From Hydrolagus colliei (lineage: Eukaryota): a stretch of DNA of 64,000 nt. Of the stretch, positions 61,451 through 64,000 are shown piece by piece. The DNA lies in the NCBI GenBank assembly GCA_035084275.1, contig CM068756.1, forward strand, positions 5,952,001 through 6,016,000, read 5' to 3'. Each line of letters starts with the position of its first letter. Within the stretch, counting starts at the first letter, position 1. Position numbers and translations under genes: made by a program. The notes under the pieces are model-generated. The model saw nothing but the letters and a program-made list of their open reading frames with translations, made no database searches and was not told where the DNA came from.

Positions 61451-64000
61451 AAGGAACAGTCCTCCACCCAAACCCCAGTACTGTACACATAAAATGGTGT
61501 AAAATATATTTAGGAGAGTGAAGGAGAAACAGGCAGAAACAAACAATCTAATAGGAAAGCTTTACAATTCATTTAAGATGTGCTATATAAAAATGTGCTA
61601 ATGTGTCTAATGTGTTTCAGAGTTGTTTGTGAAATGCAGAGATCCAGACCTTTGTATCTAACGGAGCCAAAGGACAACACTCAAACTTTGTTCGTGTGGT
61701 CTGGGGGTTCTTAAAGTGTAAACTTTTTAGGCCATCAGTGATGCTGCGCAGCTTCCTGTATCTGCTGAGCCTAATCAGTTCATACTGAGGCAACACGTCT
61801 TCCAGTATCATCTGTGCTCAGGAAAATGTACTATGTCACTTACATATTCTTCAGGCTTTATTCTAGGCAAAGTGTGCAGTACAGAAGTGCTGGTGCATTC
61901 CCTCTGTCTGTTCTCATTACCTAGCCTTTGTGTGTCTCTCTGCCTGTCTATTCTAGCCATACGGTGAAATTGTGCAGTGCTGTCTCAAGACCTGCCCACC
62001 TGTCCTTTGTCTGCTGTATTAGGCAGAGCTAGTTAGTTGAAAGGAGCTGAAAGCTAGTGGGTGTTGAAGCTGCCTAGTGCAAGATATTCACCGCTAATTG
62101 CTAGTCCTAACAGGCACAATTAGCCACTACAAGCCCTCAGAGATGGCCCCAGGATCCTCTCAGGTAACAGCCATCACTAGATAAAGGCTGAAATATGCTC
62201 CATTTATAGAGAGATTTGCAGACAAATTTGTCACATTCTGCCAATTATATGTTGCTACTATACACAGACTCACTTCCAAGATAAGGCAGGACAAATATAT
62301 GCAGTTTAATAGGAGATTTCTTTTCCCTTTAGGTTTTAACTTTTTTTAAGCCTTTTCATAAGCATTAAGCAACAAAGCTCATCCTTATTTCCTCTGGTCT
62401 AAGAGTGGAAAACAGTTAACAAGTATTTGTGATCGCCTCATAATGAATTGTTCAATCTTCTGGATGCACAGATTCACGGTTGACATCCAGGTTGGGTGAA
62501 ATAACCTTAAAAATTACTTGCGAAACAGATTAATTTCAAGTGCAATGCATATGGAAAATAATGCAATCAGATTTTATTGTGAAGACGGGCAGGTCAAAGT
62601 TAGTCATAAAGTCATCCATTTTATACAACTTGGAGCCTGACATGAAATTATACATTTATTGTATTTTTTTCACACCATCAAAGAAAAATTGAACAGAGAT
62701 ATAGTTACCATCCTATAGTTCAACACACTAATAGTGGAGCATATGACCACTGCTTTGCTCCCTTTATCCTGTGTCCACAGCTACCAGGCACCCTGCCCTG
62801 CTTCTATTGGCTTCCCCTGCCCGCTTCTGCTGCCGCTTTCATTAGCTTCTTCTACTGCCACCCCTTACTGCCTCAATGCTCAACATGGAATCCCCACAGT
62901 GCTGGGAATGTCCACTGTCAGCAACCTGTTATTAAATTCAGAGACAGTTCATTTTTATATATTTTTAAAGAGTCGAGAATGTTGTTTTGCTCCTCAATTT
63001 CCAAACTGTCAGCATCTGTTTGTGCAGTAGAGCTGTGCGGATAGGTCAATACTGTGGAGTATTGCTTGATCATTTCAGTGATCACGGAGTATTCATGCAG
63101 AGCTTTCCCTTTGGAGGATAGAGTGACTGGGTAGAATCTTTCAATGAATTAGTCCATAGTAATTGTGGGATATAGAAGGATCAGGCTTGATGAATGAATA
63201 GCCATTTACTAATTCTACACCCGGTTATGTTATTTTTCTAATCTTCCCTGGAACCTGCATTCATTGTTTGCCACTTGTGTACACTGTTAAATAATTTATG
63301 TGGTTAGACCTGTGCAAAACAATGTTCTTTTATACAGTAACACGGAAACTTTCTTGGTTCTCTTGCTCACTTCTTTCAGATTGCTACTTCTCAGTGGGAT
63401 AATAAAATTTGCCATTGTTTGTTAATATCACTGAAATCTGAACTAAACCGTGATCGCTATTCAGTAAATCATGGTTCATGTCAATTAACAGCTTTGCACA
63501 TGTAACCAAAAACAGTGTGCACTAGAGTAACACTCACTCAGAAACCCGGTCATTTAAATTACCCTAAAATTGCAATTAATTTGGTTAAATTGTGCATTAT
63601 CATTAGAAAATTGAAATGATAAAAACACAGAAAGCGAGGTCTAAACCTATTCATTTTATGCGATTGGTAACCAGTTCTTAAATGTTTTATCACATCAAAA
63701 CATTTATACTGTTAAAACCATTTAAATGTCAAATATTCCATTTCCCAGGAAGTATAAGGTATAAAATTTTCAGTATGAGTACAAAAATATTTCAAGTTAA
63801 GCAGCCACTTGTGAACACCTGTCAAGCCACAGTACTCTTATGTGTGTCCTTCATATCCTACAATGGTACTTACAGCCGAAATGAATGTAGTAGATGTAGA
63901 CAAAATGATGCTGTAACACACTTAAAGAAAGCTTTTATACCAGTGGCAATTCCCTCAGTACAACAGTAACACTGCAGGCATAAAATGAGTGAGTTGCAGT

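Noticed and set aside
63056-63093. 8-bp direct repeat GGAGTATT flanking TGATCA-N6-TGATCA (hAT-like footprint)
   Set aside because: Too short, and the inverted repeat is not flush with the direct repeats

Overview
Vertebrate genomic DNA, AT-rich, with two assembly N-gaps. The DeuSINE/L2/CR1 repeat set suggests a cartilaginous fish, possibly a chimaera such as elephant shark (inference). The only protein-coding gene is the large terminal coding exon of TSHZ3 (teashirt zinc finger homeobox 3; 2474-5688, +), entered through a phase-1 splice acceptor; exon 1 is not visible in the window. A putative ~2.8 kb 3'UTR follows, then ~55 kb of gene desert. The desert mixes decayed L2/CR1 LINE fragments and tRNA-derived SINEs with repeat-free blocks rich in PBX/HOX/MEIS motifs, which are candidate conserved enhancers. 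There are no RNA genes, CRISPR arrays or intact transposons, and I cannot demonstrate a new biological system. The best leads are: (1) a dense TGACA (MEIS/TALE) cluster inside the TSHZ3 coding sequence; (2) mutually complementary TTAACCC/GGGTTAA boxes in the 3'UTR; (3) a perfect DR5 retinoic-acid response element with an overlapping DR2; (4) a block of co-oriented TGACAG sites; (5) two perfect 18-20 bp palindromes with 2-nt spacers. All counts are by eye and repeat boundaries are approximate.
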